Shown here one piece after another: positions 13,512-26,760 of a DNA stretch of 64,000 bases (within the stretch, counting starts at the first letter, position 1; each line of letters opens with the position of its first letter). The stretch is from Podarcis melisellensis (taxonomy: Eukaryota), in the NCBI GenBank assembly GCA_964234715.1, contig OZ174289.1, one strand, 5' to 3'. The translations under genes and the position numbers were made by a program. A model generated the notes under the pieces. It saw nothing but the letters and a program-made list of their open reading frames with translations, did not search any database and was not told the DNA's origin.

Positions 13512-15075
13512 GTTGAGAGTGTTTCTAGAAAGATTAGGGATTCTGCTGCTTTAAAGACCATCTCTCTTGCCCAGCAGTCTCCCTGATAAAGTGTGAGCCC
13601 CCCACCCCATATAAAACTGGTATATATGCAAGTCAGATAGGAGCTAGGTTAGAATTTTCTCCCTGGTATGGTTATTTTAAACAAACATACATACACTCAT
13701 TTTCTTGCTAAGCTGACCTTGTCTGGATTTTACCCTCTCCTGCCCCCAAGTAATTATCTTCCCCTCCTGTAGATTCCACGAAGGTAAGCAAGAGACCAAT
13801 AAATTAATGTCCACAGAGCTTGACCAAGTTGCAGAAAGGCTTCTGAAGTCATGCCACTCTCCACATGAGCACAGACCATCTCCCAAGGGCATTTGCTAAT
13901 TGCGCCACTTAAAAGGAGATTCACAGCATGGAACAACCAATTATCCCAGTCATCCTCTCTGGAGGCAACCCCCCCCCTACATATCTGGTTCTTCTGCCAT
14001 TATGGAAGAATCCTTGACCACCACCCAACGCATACATGCATGCAAGCATGTGCGCGTGCACACACACACAAACACTTTCCAAATGCATACCTGTTATTCT
14101 TATCCTTGTCCCATCACCAGCACTGCCCAACCCCACATCAGCCATGGGCTGAAAATAATGCAGTGTGCCAGAACATAAATATATATGGCTTCAGCCAAAA
14201 ACCACCTGACAGTTTAACTACTGCTCTGCAAACATTCTTCCAAGCCTCCTTTCTCAATTGCTGTGTACAACTGACAAATTCCGCCCTACCTGCCAGCAAT
14301 GATATGGGTCAGAGGGGAAATAAGAATGTTTGAAACCAACATCCATAAACCGGGCTTGAAGCTGTTGTAAGCCATGCCAGGTTATCTGTGCTGTACAGAA
14401 TAGTATTTACAGGTTGTGTTGTAAGAGTGATCAATGGAGCCAGCTTTGTAAGAAAGCCAACTAAAGTTACTAGCCTACTAAGAAGCTAATAACCTTTGCT
14501 TCCATACTGCCTGCAGAGGAGCAGCCAGCTATGAATTGCAGGCCACTAGCCTCTTAGCAAGCTATTAAAAATCGGTGGACTAGCAAAGGAGATATGGAGC
14601 ACTGCATCCAGGTTGCTGCATTTCCATGCTAGCTGCAGAGGAAGCAACTTTATTTCCTCTGAGGCAAGAATGGAAACAAATCAGTCTGGCAAAGGAAGGG
14701 TGGAGGAATCCTTTGAAAGCCTGCTCAGTCACATGGAATTCCAGTCTGCCAGGCTGGATCGAGCAAGCATCCTAACTGCAGAGACTCCAATAACCATCTT
14801 AGATGCACCTGCTGTGAAAGTCTGAAAATGTGGGCAGAGACCTGTGAATGTGAACCATTATTTTGTAAACCAGAGATATCAGCAAGAAAAAAATTAGACA
14901 CATACAAATGTCATTGCAAATTTAACATTAGCTGAGGGTATCTCCATGTAGGAAACTATTTGTGAAATGCTTGCTTTGTGGAAATTTACCTTTCACCAAA
15001 ACTATTCTACGTGGCAGTGCAGTGCAGCAGAAAGTGACGGAAATCAGAGATTATGTGCAGTGCACATCTCCAAAC

Positions 15076-15219
15076 CAGTGGCGTAGCGTGGGGGGGGGGC
15101 AGCCACACCGGGTGCAACATCTGGGGGGGGCGCTCGCACTCGAGTGCTAAAATCCACAGGTTAGGGGGCGCAAATTACTTTCCTTGCCCCGGGTGCTGAC
15201 AACCCACGCTACGCCACTG
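15076..15219. mobile_element. hAT MITE with TIR CAGTGGCGTAGCGTGGG
   Basis: Perfect 17-bp TIRs; perfect 8-bp TSD ctccaaac. Confidence 0.9.
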
Positions 15220-15999
15220 CTCCAAACTAATGGCCTACTTGTATCCGTCACTCCTTAGACTTGCAAATTCTAACAATGTCGGGTAGTCACTTATGCAACA
15301 ATACTGGAGGGGGAAAGAAATGCATCCTTCAACATGCAACTTGGGTCTCTTTTCCCTGCCAAACAGTACAAGAATGAGATTTTTGTCTAGCCTTCAATTG
15401 TTCCAGCTGCTGGTTTCTCTCACAGATTAATGACCCTATTACTGTTTGGTTTCCTCTTTCTTGTAGAGATACTTATGCACCATAATCAAGTTGCCTCTTA
15501 TCCTTTTCTCAAGACTTTTTCTCAGCCCTTGCCTTGCACTTGCAACTTCTCTTAGCAACCTTTTGACACTCATAGCATAGTGGCTTAGAGATTCAGCTGT
15601 GAATCAGGAACTCCATGATACAAATCTCGCCTCTGCCGTAAACTCGCTGCGTGGTGTTAGGCTTTCCCAACCCTCTGCCACCATCTGTAGTAAAGGAAAT
15701 AATAACACTAACCTGCCTTATAGTGTTACTATAGGGCAGGGTGGGGAAGCTGAAGCTTACCAGCTCTTGTTGGACCACAACTACCATCATCTATTGTTCA
15801 TGCTGGTTGGGGTTGATGGGAGTTGGCATCTAACACCATCTGGAGGACCACAGGTTGCCCGTACCTTCTGTAATAATTACAACTAGAAAATATATGCAAA
15901 GTGCTTTGAGCATGCAAAGCTTCATACCAAAGTTGAATATTAAGCATTATCACAGGAACTTCAGGAATCTGTCTTACAGTAAATCAGACTGTCCAAGAT

Positions 16000-16424
16000 A
16001 CCGGTCTTGAAAGACCTACACTGCCTCCCAGTACGTTTCCGAGCACAATTCAAAGTGTTGGTGCTGACCTTTAAAGCCCTAAACAGCCTCGGTCCAGTAT
16101 ACCTGAAGGAGCATCTCCACCCCCATCATTCTGCCTGGACACTGAGATCCAGCGCCGAGGGCCTTCTGGCAGTTTCCTTGCTGCAAGAAGCCAAGTTACA
16201 GGGAACCAGGCAGAGGGCCTTCTCGGTAGTGGCACCCGCCCTGTGGAACGCCCTCCTACCAGATGTCAAAGAGAAGAAGAACTACCAAACTTTTAGAAGA
16301 CATCTGAAGGCAGACCTGTTTAGGGAAGCTTTTATTGTTTAATAGGTTATTGTATTTTAGTGTTCTGTTGGAAGCCACCCAGAGTGGCTGGGGAAACCCA
16401 GCCAGATGGGCAAAGTATAAATAA

Positions 16425-16474
<50 letters not shown>

Positions 16475-16484
16475 CATCATCATC
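16000..16484 (+). mobile_element. Young L2 LINE 3' end with (ATT)n/(ATC)n tail
   Basis: DLHCLPVRFRAQFKVLVLTFKALN...RAFSVVAPALWNAL is the L2 ORF2 C-terminus; 3' UTR ...cccagagtggctggggaaacccagccagatggg, then tail. Confidence 0.85.
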
Positions 16485-16860
16485 AAGAGCCTTTTTGATC
16501 AGGCCAATGGCCCATCTCATCTAGCATCATGTTCTCATGGTGGCCAATCAGATGCCATGGGGAAGCCCAAAAGCAAGCTTGAGCACAACAGCACTTTCCA
16601 CACTGCTGATTCCCAGTAACTGACATTCAGAGGAATGGTGCCTCTGACGGCGGAGGTATAACGAAAGCTTCATTCTCCATGAATTTGTCTAATCCTCTTT
16701 TGAAGCCTTCCCAGCTGGTGGCCATCACTACTTCTTGTGTGAGCGAATCCCACAGCTTGACTGCTCACTGTGTGAAGAAGTAATTTCTTTCATCTGCCCT
16801 GAATCTTCCAACCTTCAGCTTAATTGGATGTCCCCAAGTTCTAAAGTTATGGGAGAGATC
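16485..16860 (-). mobile_element. CR1 LINE 3' fragment
   Basis: aagagcc...gatcaggccaatggcccatc and gtgtgaagaagta...ctgaatcttcc pattern; related pieces at about 17590, 29430, 31530 and 32460. Confidence 0.65.
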
Positions 16861-17408
16861 GGTGTCGTTTACACTGATTAGAAGTAGCTCTCCAAGGTTT
16901 CAGCCCTACCAAAAAAAAAGCTGTAGATGCACAGCACTGCTCCGCATACAAAGCAGGTGCTGGAGCAATGAGCTATGGCCCCTTCCCCTCTTACTGTGGA
17001 TATCAGACTCAAGGATACCCAGCCCTGATAGAAGGAGCCCATCAACAGCATTTGAATCTGTTTCTTCTCCCTTTTTCATGCATTCCAAGATCAAATCTCC
17101 TAGTAACCTCATGCTGCTCTTAGCTTCTGGGCAATCACAGATACGAAACAGAGCAAAACAAGCAAGTCTACTAAGTAATACAGATCAATATCTCAAGATC
17201 AATGGAGCAGAACAAACAAGGCCAAACATCACCAAGGGGAAAAAAAAGGAATGCAGCACAGGATGTAGTTAACACTCATAAAAATAATATTGTGTCACCT
17301 TAAAGGCTTAATAGATTTATTGCGGTATCCGTTTTATGGGCTACAGCCCACGTCATTGGAAGTGGAAGCTCTGGTGTTTTCAGTTGACTGTCTCCACACA
17401 CACACACA

Positions 17409-17458
<50 letters not shown>
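17409..17458. repeat. (CTTT)n microsatellite flanked by (CA)n
   Basis: Seen directly. Confidence 0.95.
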
Positions 17459-17460
<2 letters not shown>

Positions 17461-19422
17461 TCTCTCTCCCCCTCCCTCTTTCACACACACACAAAAAATA
17501 GAAAGTGGAGGGAATGTACATTGTGAGCCCCAAAGGTCTGGAAATGAAAGAGGTACAGGCTGCGACAATTCTGTTCAAATGTTTGCATGATAAGAACCTA
17601 AGAAGAGCCTTCCTGGATCAGGCCCATGGCCCATCCAGTTTTGAGAAGAGATGCCTGTGGGAAGCCGAAAAGCAGGATCTGAGTGTAACAGCACTCTCCC
17701 CATTTGTGATTCCCAACAATAGGTATTCAGGGTCATACTGCCTTTGACAATGGAAGCGGAACATGGCCCTCATGACTAGTAGCCATTGAGTCTAAAAACG
17801 TTAGTTGAAAAATGAGCATTTATGAGAGCAGTCATTGATGACAGAGTTTCTAGCCTTGCTAAGTAAATTCAGTACCTATTTAGCGCAGCGGGGGAAACAC
17901 CACACCACGTCACGCCACACCTGAAGGCTTAGTTCCCACTTACCTGGCTCTATCCCTTACTTTGATTCACCACTGCATCAGCTCAGCCTGCTCTCCCACA
18001 AACCGTAGCCCAATTTTGACACCAGCCACCACAGGTTCTGGCACATGTGTGTGCATGCCCTATACTAGTTTGGGGGAACCCTTCACAAATTCACTGCTGG
18101 AGTGGGCCAAAAAGAACATTTAGTCTTAACTCCTTTCCCAATGTATTCTCCAAGGATTCTTCATCACATTCCCTGAGATCATTGCAACAAACCGAACTAG
18201 GTGTGTGTGATGATTTCAAGCGAGGGGGCCTGAGCTATATGCTACAGTTTTTTTGGGGGGGGGAATTAAAATGTGCTAGGTGCAAATTCATGCAATCCTT
18301 TCTCCAGAAGCTTTATCAATTGTGGACTTACAATATCTAAATCCAAATTGGGAGAGGGGGGAGTGGGAAGCAGAGGTTTTACCTCCTCATGTGCTGTGCA
18401 AGAAATTCTTTTAAAAGCATGTCAATTTATCTGTCAAAATGACATTCAAATTACACTTTTTAAAGATGCATGTCACTGTCAGACAAGTCCCCCAATGTCA
18501 CCTGCAAATCTGGAATGGCACAATAAGAGCCCTTGCTAGCAATTCAAAGCCCTGAACATGAAAACCAGGCTGTACTAACAAGTGGGGGGGGGGAGTGGGG
18601 GGGTTGCATATTGATGAGATTTCCCCCTTCCTGATCCTCCACACTCCAAGTGCACAACAGACCTGGGCAACTCTGTACCTCTGTGATGATTCTCAAGAAT
18701 GTGGTGGTTTTTGGAATGCCTCCAGTTGCGACCCATTGCAGAATGAACTGCAGCATGCTAATTTGCATGCTGAATATTCATCATTGCCAGTAAAGAAGCA
18801 TCTTGAATATTAAATCTCATCTATTTATGGCAGGAATATTAAATGCTTTATCAAAAGCTGAAGGTGGTAAAGCAGCCCAGAACACCTGGTGCCCTCATGG
18901 TCTCATTAGGAATCCCCGCCCTGCTGCAGAGCAAGAACGAATTTCCTGCATTGCATTCTTCAGTCTCTGCAGATTCTTTTACCCTTGCAGATATGAACTG
19001 GGGATGGAGGAGAAGAAATTTGTTTGGTCTGCATTTTAAAGCAAACCAATTTAATTTGCCAGCCCGACTTATGTGTGGATTCGAACACATAGATTATGCA
19101 CTTTTCCTAATTTTGAAGAGGGGTGGTTTATGTGCACAAAAATGCCTGTTTTGTGGTGTTCTTTTCTTTCTTTTTTTAACAAAAATGCTGATTTTTTAGA
19201 GGGAAATGCTTTGAAAAGTATTTTTAAGTGTGTATTGTTATTGTTATCATTTATAACAAAAATGGTCTCAAAGCTACTTCATAGTAAGATATAAAGCAAA
19301 CATTAAATCCAAAAAGAAAGCAATGTACAACACAAAACTTCTATATACAACAAGAAAATGAGGACAAGTCCTCCCAACCTCTCCAAAAATTGGTCACCAG
19401 AGCAGAAGGTAACTTAAGCTAC

Positions 19423-19785
19423 TAAAGGTAAAGGTAAGGGTAAAGGGACCCCTGACCATTAGGTCCAACTCTGGGGTTGCGCACTCATCTCGCTTTATTG
19501 GCCGAGGGAGCCGGCGTTTGTCTGAAGACAGCTTCCGGGTCATGTGGCCAGCATGACTAAGGTGTTTCTGCCGAACCAGAGCAGCGCATGGAAAGACCTT
19601 TTACCTTGCCACCAGAGCGGTACCTATTTATCTACTTGCACTTTGACGTGCTTTCGAACTGCTAGGTTGGCAGGAGCAGGGACCGAGCAACGGGAGCTCA
19701 CACCCTCGCGGGGATTCGAACTGCCGACCTTCTGATCAGCAAGTCCTAGGCTCTGTGGTTTAACCCACAGCGCCACCCACGTCCC
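19423..19785 (-). mobile_element. Sauria SINE, full length
   Basis: Reverse complement of the family consensus with (AAAGGT)n on the left and head GTCCC on the right; flanks aagctac / aacctac. Confidence 0.9.
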
Positions 19786-21595
19786 AACCTACCAAAAGCC
19801 TGGGTTAAAAAGACAACAAAACGTAGCCTGGCACCTACAAACTGACAATGATAGTGACAGCAAAACTTTCTTAGGGAGAACATTTTACACATGGCAGGGA
19901 GATGAAGCCTGTTCTTGGGTAGCCAGCCTCGACACATCCCTCCGATGAGGCACACAGACAACAGCCTCTTACAAAGACAGCAGGGAAAGGTTGAATGCAA
20001 ACTTTAAGCATACTTTAAGGGAAAGCATATCTATATTAAATACAAATTTACCAAGCTTGTTTTAAATAAGAAAATAATCAGCAAAAACAGAGCAGACTTA
20101 TGACTGAGTGCACACACAACTGACATGGAACAGAAAACAGACTGATCCATCCTTAATGTGAACCCAGCTTTGCTATTTTTTATTCTAGGGCTCAGCAGAC
20201 GTTTGTTACCAATCTGACAAACATAAAATGCAGGATCAGCTCTCTAGTCTTGACTCTTCGAACTTCAGACAAACTGGTCCGTCTTGTTGATTTTTCTAAA
20301 TAACATCTGAAAGAAGTGTATGCAAATGTACATACATATATGTAAAAAATCTGCATTACAACAAACAGCGAATATTCGAAACAAGCGCAAAATTATTTCA
20401 GAACTTGGGGGAAGAGCAGGATGTGACACCGCAGGCACCAGCCAATAGGCACGCAGCTGGCTTTTCTTCCCCGATATGCTAGAAATTCCAGTATCATTTA
20501 CCCCTTCGCGCATGTGCATGCGTGCACGCACATGCATGTGCACCCACACATCCCTCGCACCATAATAGCAAAATCTACGGGCGGCATTGGAGCAGCAAAT
20601 GAGTTGTTTTCAGCCTACCTCCACTGCTTTCTGGGACATTTATTCCCAAGCAACCACCTGCAGTTCTGTATCTCACAATTCAGAAGAAAAGCCCACATTC
20701 TAAACCTGAGGAGGCTAACCGATGGCCCCCCCATATATTTCTGAACTACAACTCCCATCTGCCCCTCCCAGCATAGCCAACAGCCAGAGAGATGGTGGAA
20801 ACACCTGGGCTGAACTTAGCTAGGCCAAGCTAAGTGAAATTACCATGTAAAATGGAGGCAAACTGTGCTTCCCGCGCACCTGGCTTAGAAAGATATGAAC
20901 AATGCAAGAGTATTAAGTACTGAAGGGTATGGCACAGCAGCAACAAAGTCACATTGGGCCATTATGCTAGACAGCACAAGTGATGGCATATTCCTCCACA
21001 TCCTTGTTTTTGCCATAAACCCTTCAGAGCAGGACATTCTTTTTACTCCTGGGTTCCTGCTCCCACTCTTCCCAAAAAGAATCAAGGGGTCCTAATCTCC
21101 CTCAAGTCTGCCAAGAATTTAAAGCTGGGGTGGGGGAACATTTGGCTCTCAAGCATATTATTGGACTGCAACTCCCAGCTGCCTTGACTACTGGCTATGT
21201 TGGCTGGGGATGATGGCAGAGGTGGTTCAGAAGCATCTGGAGGGTCAAATGTTCACCACCTGGACTTAAAGATAGAAGGAGTCAGGGAAGGGCGGCAATC
21301 TTCACACAAGGCACTTCCAAAATCAATCAATCAGTAAGTAAGACACAGTAGTCAGAAGATGCAAAAACTGTGCCAGAAGTCTAATTGCTTAGGAAACGGA
21401 GCTCCTAGCATCAAAACTCCCTTGCTCTTCACTTCCTCCCCTAAATTTTCCAGAACAGGAAATTTAACCCAACCAAAACCTGGCTGTTTTGCCTGTCTCC
21501 TGACCCTTACCACTGACTCCCACATTCCTGAGAGGTCTTGCTCTCATCATCTGTTCAAAAAAAGAAAGCATCAACTCAGTCTTCTCTCACAGCCA

Positions 21596-21626
<31 letters not shown>

Positions 21627-22828
21627 TTGCCCCCAACTTGACCTGGAAATCAGGACTTGAAATTCCACCCCAAAACAATCCCCTCCCCAGAGATGCAGGG
21701 CCTTAGTTGCTGCCAGCATCAGAGCAAGCGTGGGATAGGAACAGACCCGGAATAATACCCAATCAGGGAGAAGTTGGTACACTATACCACACAAACACCA
21801 CAAGGGACTGGAAAAATATAACAGGAAATAGCATTATTATCACCATAGAAAATTAACAGCATAACAAAAAGCAAGTTGGCTGCAGTCAAAGCCTATAAAA
21901 ATTTACCAGCGGCTGCTCAAACATTTCCCAGCGGAAGGCATTGTTGGTACCTTGCCAGAAAGCAAGGGCTGAAAATATACCCAGCTTCCTGGTTGCTCAG
22001 AATCCCCCAAAACCGAGTTAGGCAATTTGAAATTTGATATATATTTTCAGCACTGTACAGGTGTGGATGCTAAATATTTCAAGTTGGCTACTACAGAAAA
22101 CGATGCTGATATCTAGGTTTTTGAAATAGGTTTTTGGGTCTTTCAAAACCGCACACAGCAGCCCCCCTGCCCTCCTGACACTCAGGCCCATCCAGATTGG
22201 TGTTTTATTGCAAGTGTATACTGCAACATGCTATTGACACAATAATAATGTATTACTGGTGGATTTACCCTGCTTTATTAGTTGTTCTGTGATGCTTCCC
22301 CAATGTTATGAAAAGTTACAGGATATGCACTGATTGGAAATGACGCAGGGCCCCACCTCCAAACCTCTGCAAGCACAAACAGCCCTGAAAGAGGAATCAT
22401 GTGTGACCGCCCTGAAAGCATCATAGACACAAGTTGTCATGCACGCGCAATACGCTGTTTGTGTGGTCAAGCAAAGAATGCTAACTCAGGACGGAAAGCA
22501 GAAGGCAATCGCTTTAGAATGAAGTCTGAGTTTCAGTAAATGCAGCCTGAGATACGCATTACAGGCACAAGAAATGCTGGATCCATTATAAAGGGTGAAG
22601 CTAAACGTCACACACAAACACATCTAGAATCCCCAAAGTGTTTTTGAAATGAAAAGGAGCTTAAGAAAGTGGCGATTTTTAGTGGGAAACAGTGACAAAC
22701 TGCTTGGCTGACATAGGATTCCCAATGCACATTTCCAACAGTAAACTAAATATACAGTACATTTAGAGTCTGAGAAAGGGTGAACTGCAGCCTAGGGGAG
22801 ATTTTCAGCAGAAAGTCAGCAGGGAAAG

Positions 22829-22964
22829 CAGTGTTTCTCAAACTTGAATCCCCAGCTGTTGTTGGACTACAACTCCCATCATCCTTGACCACTGGCCCTG
22901 CTAGCTAGGGATTATGGGAGTTGTAGTCCCAAAACAGCTGGCAACCCAAGTATGAGAAACACTG
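22829..22964. mobile_element. Palindromic hAT-like MITE (ggactacaactcccatcatcc hairpin family)
   Basis: TIRs cagtgtttctca / tgagaaacactg; many decayed relatives across the window (e.g. about 8060, 15740, 21150, 24610, 44280). Confidence 0.75.
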
Positions 22965-23319
22965 GATGAGAATTTAGGAAGAGTGTTTCCTTGTCAGGGT
23001 ATCTTTTGCATATGTCTTGGTGTGCTTGGTCTAACTCCACTCCTTCAAACTTTCTGGCACTGCTCATATTTGACGAAGTCATAAAGACTTCCTGTATTGC
23101 AGCGGGGTTGAGGTTCCTTCCAATTCTACAGTTCTATTATTCAATTACTAGGTGCCTAATAAACAAACAAAACCCCTCAAAACTTCTCACAACACAGCTT
23201 GGTATATAACCTGCTAGCAATTAATGACATCACTTTCTACTGATATTCATTCCCTATTCAGAAGTTACTACATTCTTTGCCACAGTGTCTTCTTTGCCAT
23301 AAGCAGTTAAAGTTAAATC

Positions 23320-23583
23320 CAGTGGCACCTCTAGCTACGGACTCGATCCATTCTGGGGTGCCATTCACACCCCAAAAAGTCTGTAACTAGTGTGCTGCTT
23401 CTGCGCATGCGCGGTGCGATAGAGCGCTTCTGCGCATGTGCGAAGTGTGCAGACCGCTTCTGCGCAAAGAACGCTTCTGTGCACGCATGTTTAGCGGAAC
23501 TTGGAAGTATACACTTCCGGGTTTGCTGTGTTCACAAGCCGAAAAGACGCAACATGAACCTAACGAAACACAAGGTATGATTG
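23320..23583. mobile_element. Tigger-like MITE related to 61670-61933
   Basis: cagtggcacctct...aggtatgattg ends; internal repeated cttctgcgcatg. Confidence 0.6.
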
Positions 23584-24822
23584 TGTAGACATTTGCACCT
23601 TTACTCAGGACGTAAGGGGTTGCTGGTGTCGCTATTGGTCCAACCAAAAGTCTGAGACATCTGGTCAGACATCTGGTCAGACACATGGTTCAAAGAGAAG
23701 AGGAAGAGAGGAAGAGAAAGGAGGGGGCGGACAAGAATCAGCCCTCACTTTCTCTCTTCTCAAAGGTGAGGGGACATGACCTAGCCATGCCTTCTCTAGA
23801 AATGTAGAGAAATGTAGTCCTTAACGCTGTCTTTTGCCAACTAGCATAGATATGCATTGTTAAATTTGAGGGCAAAATCTTCCACAAAATTTACATGACT
23901 GCAGGCTTGCTTAAAACAAAACACTTCTACGCAGGCAAAAAATAAATAAAAATAATGGGAGTATACAGTAAGTAATAGAGCTTTTATCAATAGTTCAATT
24001 TAATATCTATGTACATCACTTCATTGTCATTGCAATAAATCTGTTGTACCGCAGGAAGTCTAAATGAGTTGCAGACAGCTTCGGGAACCAACAAGTAGGC
24101 TATAAATGAGATCCCGCGTATACCAAAAGCTGATTTCAGGAGTTTTCATCTATTTTGTTATTTTGAACTCCTGAGGCTTAGCAAGTCTTCAGGTTAGACA
24201 TACAGATTAAAAGGACACTGCCGTATTTGTTATCTGAAAACTCTTTGTAGCAGATAAGGCATTTATAAACAGACATTAATACATTATTGGGGGGGGGGGG
24301 GGAGAAAACCTCAGACAGTCCCCATCCCCCCCTTGAGCAATGTTGATGTTTATTCTTTGTGAAGAAGTTCTCATGGTTATGAAGGATGACTGAGAAGACG
24401 AGGGAAGCAAACTCAGAGCAAGTTCTGTCTCTACAAGCAAAGGGAAATTGGACAGGGAAGAGAAGAGAAGCCAAACAGATGGCATTGGCTACCTTCTCTC
24501 AATGCCAGTAACTGTATTTACAAAGGCTGTTCTTAAAAAGTTCCACTATTCCCCAAGTGAACATGGAATCTGTGTGCCCAAAGTGCTCCTCCTATGATGG
24601 CTAGGCTTAAGCAAGCCCTCCCCAACCTGGTGCCTTCTAAATGTTTTAGACTCCCAACTTCCATCAGCCCCAGCAAGCATGACAAGAGCTGTTTTCCAAA
24701 ACATCTGGAAGGTACCAGGCTCAGGAAGGTCAACTCTGGAGCAGCCATGTACACTTGCTGGGACTCTGGCTTCAGGTCTTGCACTACTACATTTAGGGCC
24801 CACTCACGCTTCAGTTGGTACC

Positions 24823-24950
24823 GCTGGTTTCCCCCAGGGAAAACCTGGTCCTTACTGCTGTATTGGAGCAAACATCAATCCACGGGAAACCCTACTGACG
24901 TTTGCTCCAATACAGCAGTAAGGAGCGGGTTTTCCCAGGGGGAAAGCAGC
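24823..24950. repeat. Inverted repeat, ~55-bp arms and 18-nt loop
   Basis: tccttactgctgtattggagcaaac / gtttgctccaatacagcagtaagga are exact complements, with extended imperfect pairing. Confidence 0.85.
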
Positions 24951-26183
24951 AGGGCAAATGGAAAACCACTCAGACCTGTGCCTTGAAAGCATGGGACAAG
25001 CAAAATAAAAAATGCTTTCTAGGTGCAGGACAAGCAATGTGTGGTCGAGCCCTTTGGCCAACTAGATGGTTTGTGAGTTGTAAGCATAAGTGGTTAGGAG
25101 ACGAATTTAAACCTATTGCTCTTTCTGGGATTTATACCTGAAAGTTTGGTGACTGATGTGTTGTAGGGCTCCTTCAGCACGATCTCTCCCCAGCCCTGAG
25201 GTCTGAGCCACCGAGAGTCACAAGTAAGAAAACTGGGGACCTTTACTGGTCACACTGGACTAAGCTCTGGGCCTGTGCTTATTCCAATGCTGGTTAAGGC
25301 CCTTTTTTTCAGAAATGCTGACCTGATGTTGCTCAGGTACTGTCCGGGGAAAATTTAGGTGTGTGGCAAAGGCCCCAAAGAAAAATGGTGCAGAATGGAA
25401 AAAAGCTTCAGTCAAGAAACTCTGGCTTATGGCTAAGCAGGTATGGGTGTCTTTCTTAAGAGCAGAAATCTCTCTCTAAATGGACTGTGGAATTTGAGAA
25501 TGTGCCTTTGTCAAGCTAGGGCAATGCACCAGTGTGAAAAAGGTACGCCTAGCAGGTAGCAGTTCTAAGTGAGCATCATGGGCTCAGATGTTTCCTGATA
25601 AGGTTCAAGAACATTTCAATTCCCTAAAACAATGGAAAATGGGTTTTACAGGTTTCTGTCCCTTGGGATGTCGTTTACCAATGGACAATCAAATTTTGGT
25701 TGTGAGTGAGGAGAGGCATAAACATAACACAAATGTAGTGTTATTTTTCTAGAAAAAGAGGTGTCAGAACTCACTATGAACGCCTCCCTTATTCTCTTAT
25801 AATGGCAATGGTGCTCACCTGAGTGGTGCTGGAATTGAGTTGGCGAGTTCTGGCTGAAAAAAATCCCTGCAAATCAGGGAGTATCAGTTTCTTCACTTGC
25901 CTGTATCTTAAAGCTTCATCCCTTTTTCACACAAGCTGGGTTTTGCCTTTTTTTTTTTTGTACTGTAACTTATCTCTTATCTGGAAGACTTTTTCATTTC
26001 ATTCTTGCTGCTTGTAAGAATTTTATACTGGGTTGAGTTTTCCTGTGCCTCAATAGACTTTTTTGTACAGTTTTGATTGATCTTTGTTATAACTTTTGGA
26101 AAAATTTCACTTCTCCTTTATGAGAACTGTTTCCGATGATTGTTACATAGAGATAGCTTTTTCTGTACTGTATTGGATTTTTA

Positions 26184-26760
26184 GTTGTTGCTGGCATCCA
26201 TCTGTCTCGAGCATAGCTGTCAACATTTCCCATTTTTAAAGGGAAATTCCCTTATTCCGAATAGGATTCCTCGCAAGAAAAGGGAAAAGTTGACAGCTGT
26301 GGTCTTGAGAAACAATGGAGTGCGCCTCCGAGAGGGAAGTCAAACAGCTGCGTTTGCAGCACCAAAGTGACCTTCCCAAGGTGCAAGCCTGGGCAGTGTG
26401 TATAGAAGTCCTAGGCTGCCCAGACAACAAGGCCCCTCTCTCATGCTTGCTGATGTGGTCCAAACAAAAGCAGAGCAATATGTTTGGCACCAGCTTGGCT
26501 GCAGGAGTTGCCTGTAGAAGGCGTACAAAGCGCCACCCAACCATCTTAGGAGCTCTACTCCAGATTTGTATAGGGTTTATGCCTTAGCCTTTTCTTCTCT
26601 GAAGATATCCTGCAAGGCAGCGGAGGTTTAGGATCAGAGTTTTCCTTCTCCTAGATGGGCTCCTTTCCCAGGTTGGCAAGCCCCACCTGCCCCTCAATTC
26701 TCTCTACAGCATGTGTAGAAACTGCCTTCTTGACCATTGAATCCACTCATGGTTTGTTCT
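26184..26760 (-). mobile_element. RTE-clade-derived element (interrupted by a MITE)
   Basis: Minus strand ...CCTGGGAAAGGAGCCCATCTAGGAGAAGGAAAACTCTGATCCTAAACC resembles recalled RTE 5' UTR motifs; CAACAACTAAAA at the 3' end. Confidence 0.45.
26212..26301. mobile_element. 90-bp hAT MITE (TIR CATAGCTGTCAAC)
   Basis: TIRs; TSD gtctcgag / gtcttgag. Confidence 0.85.
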
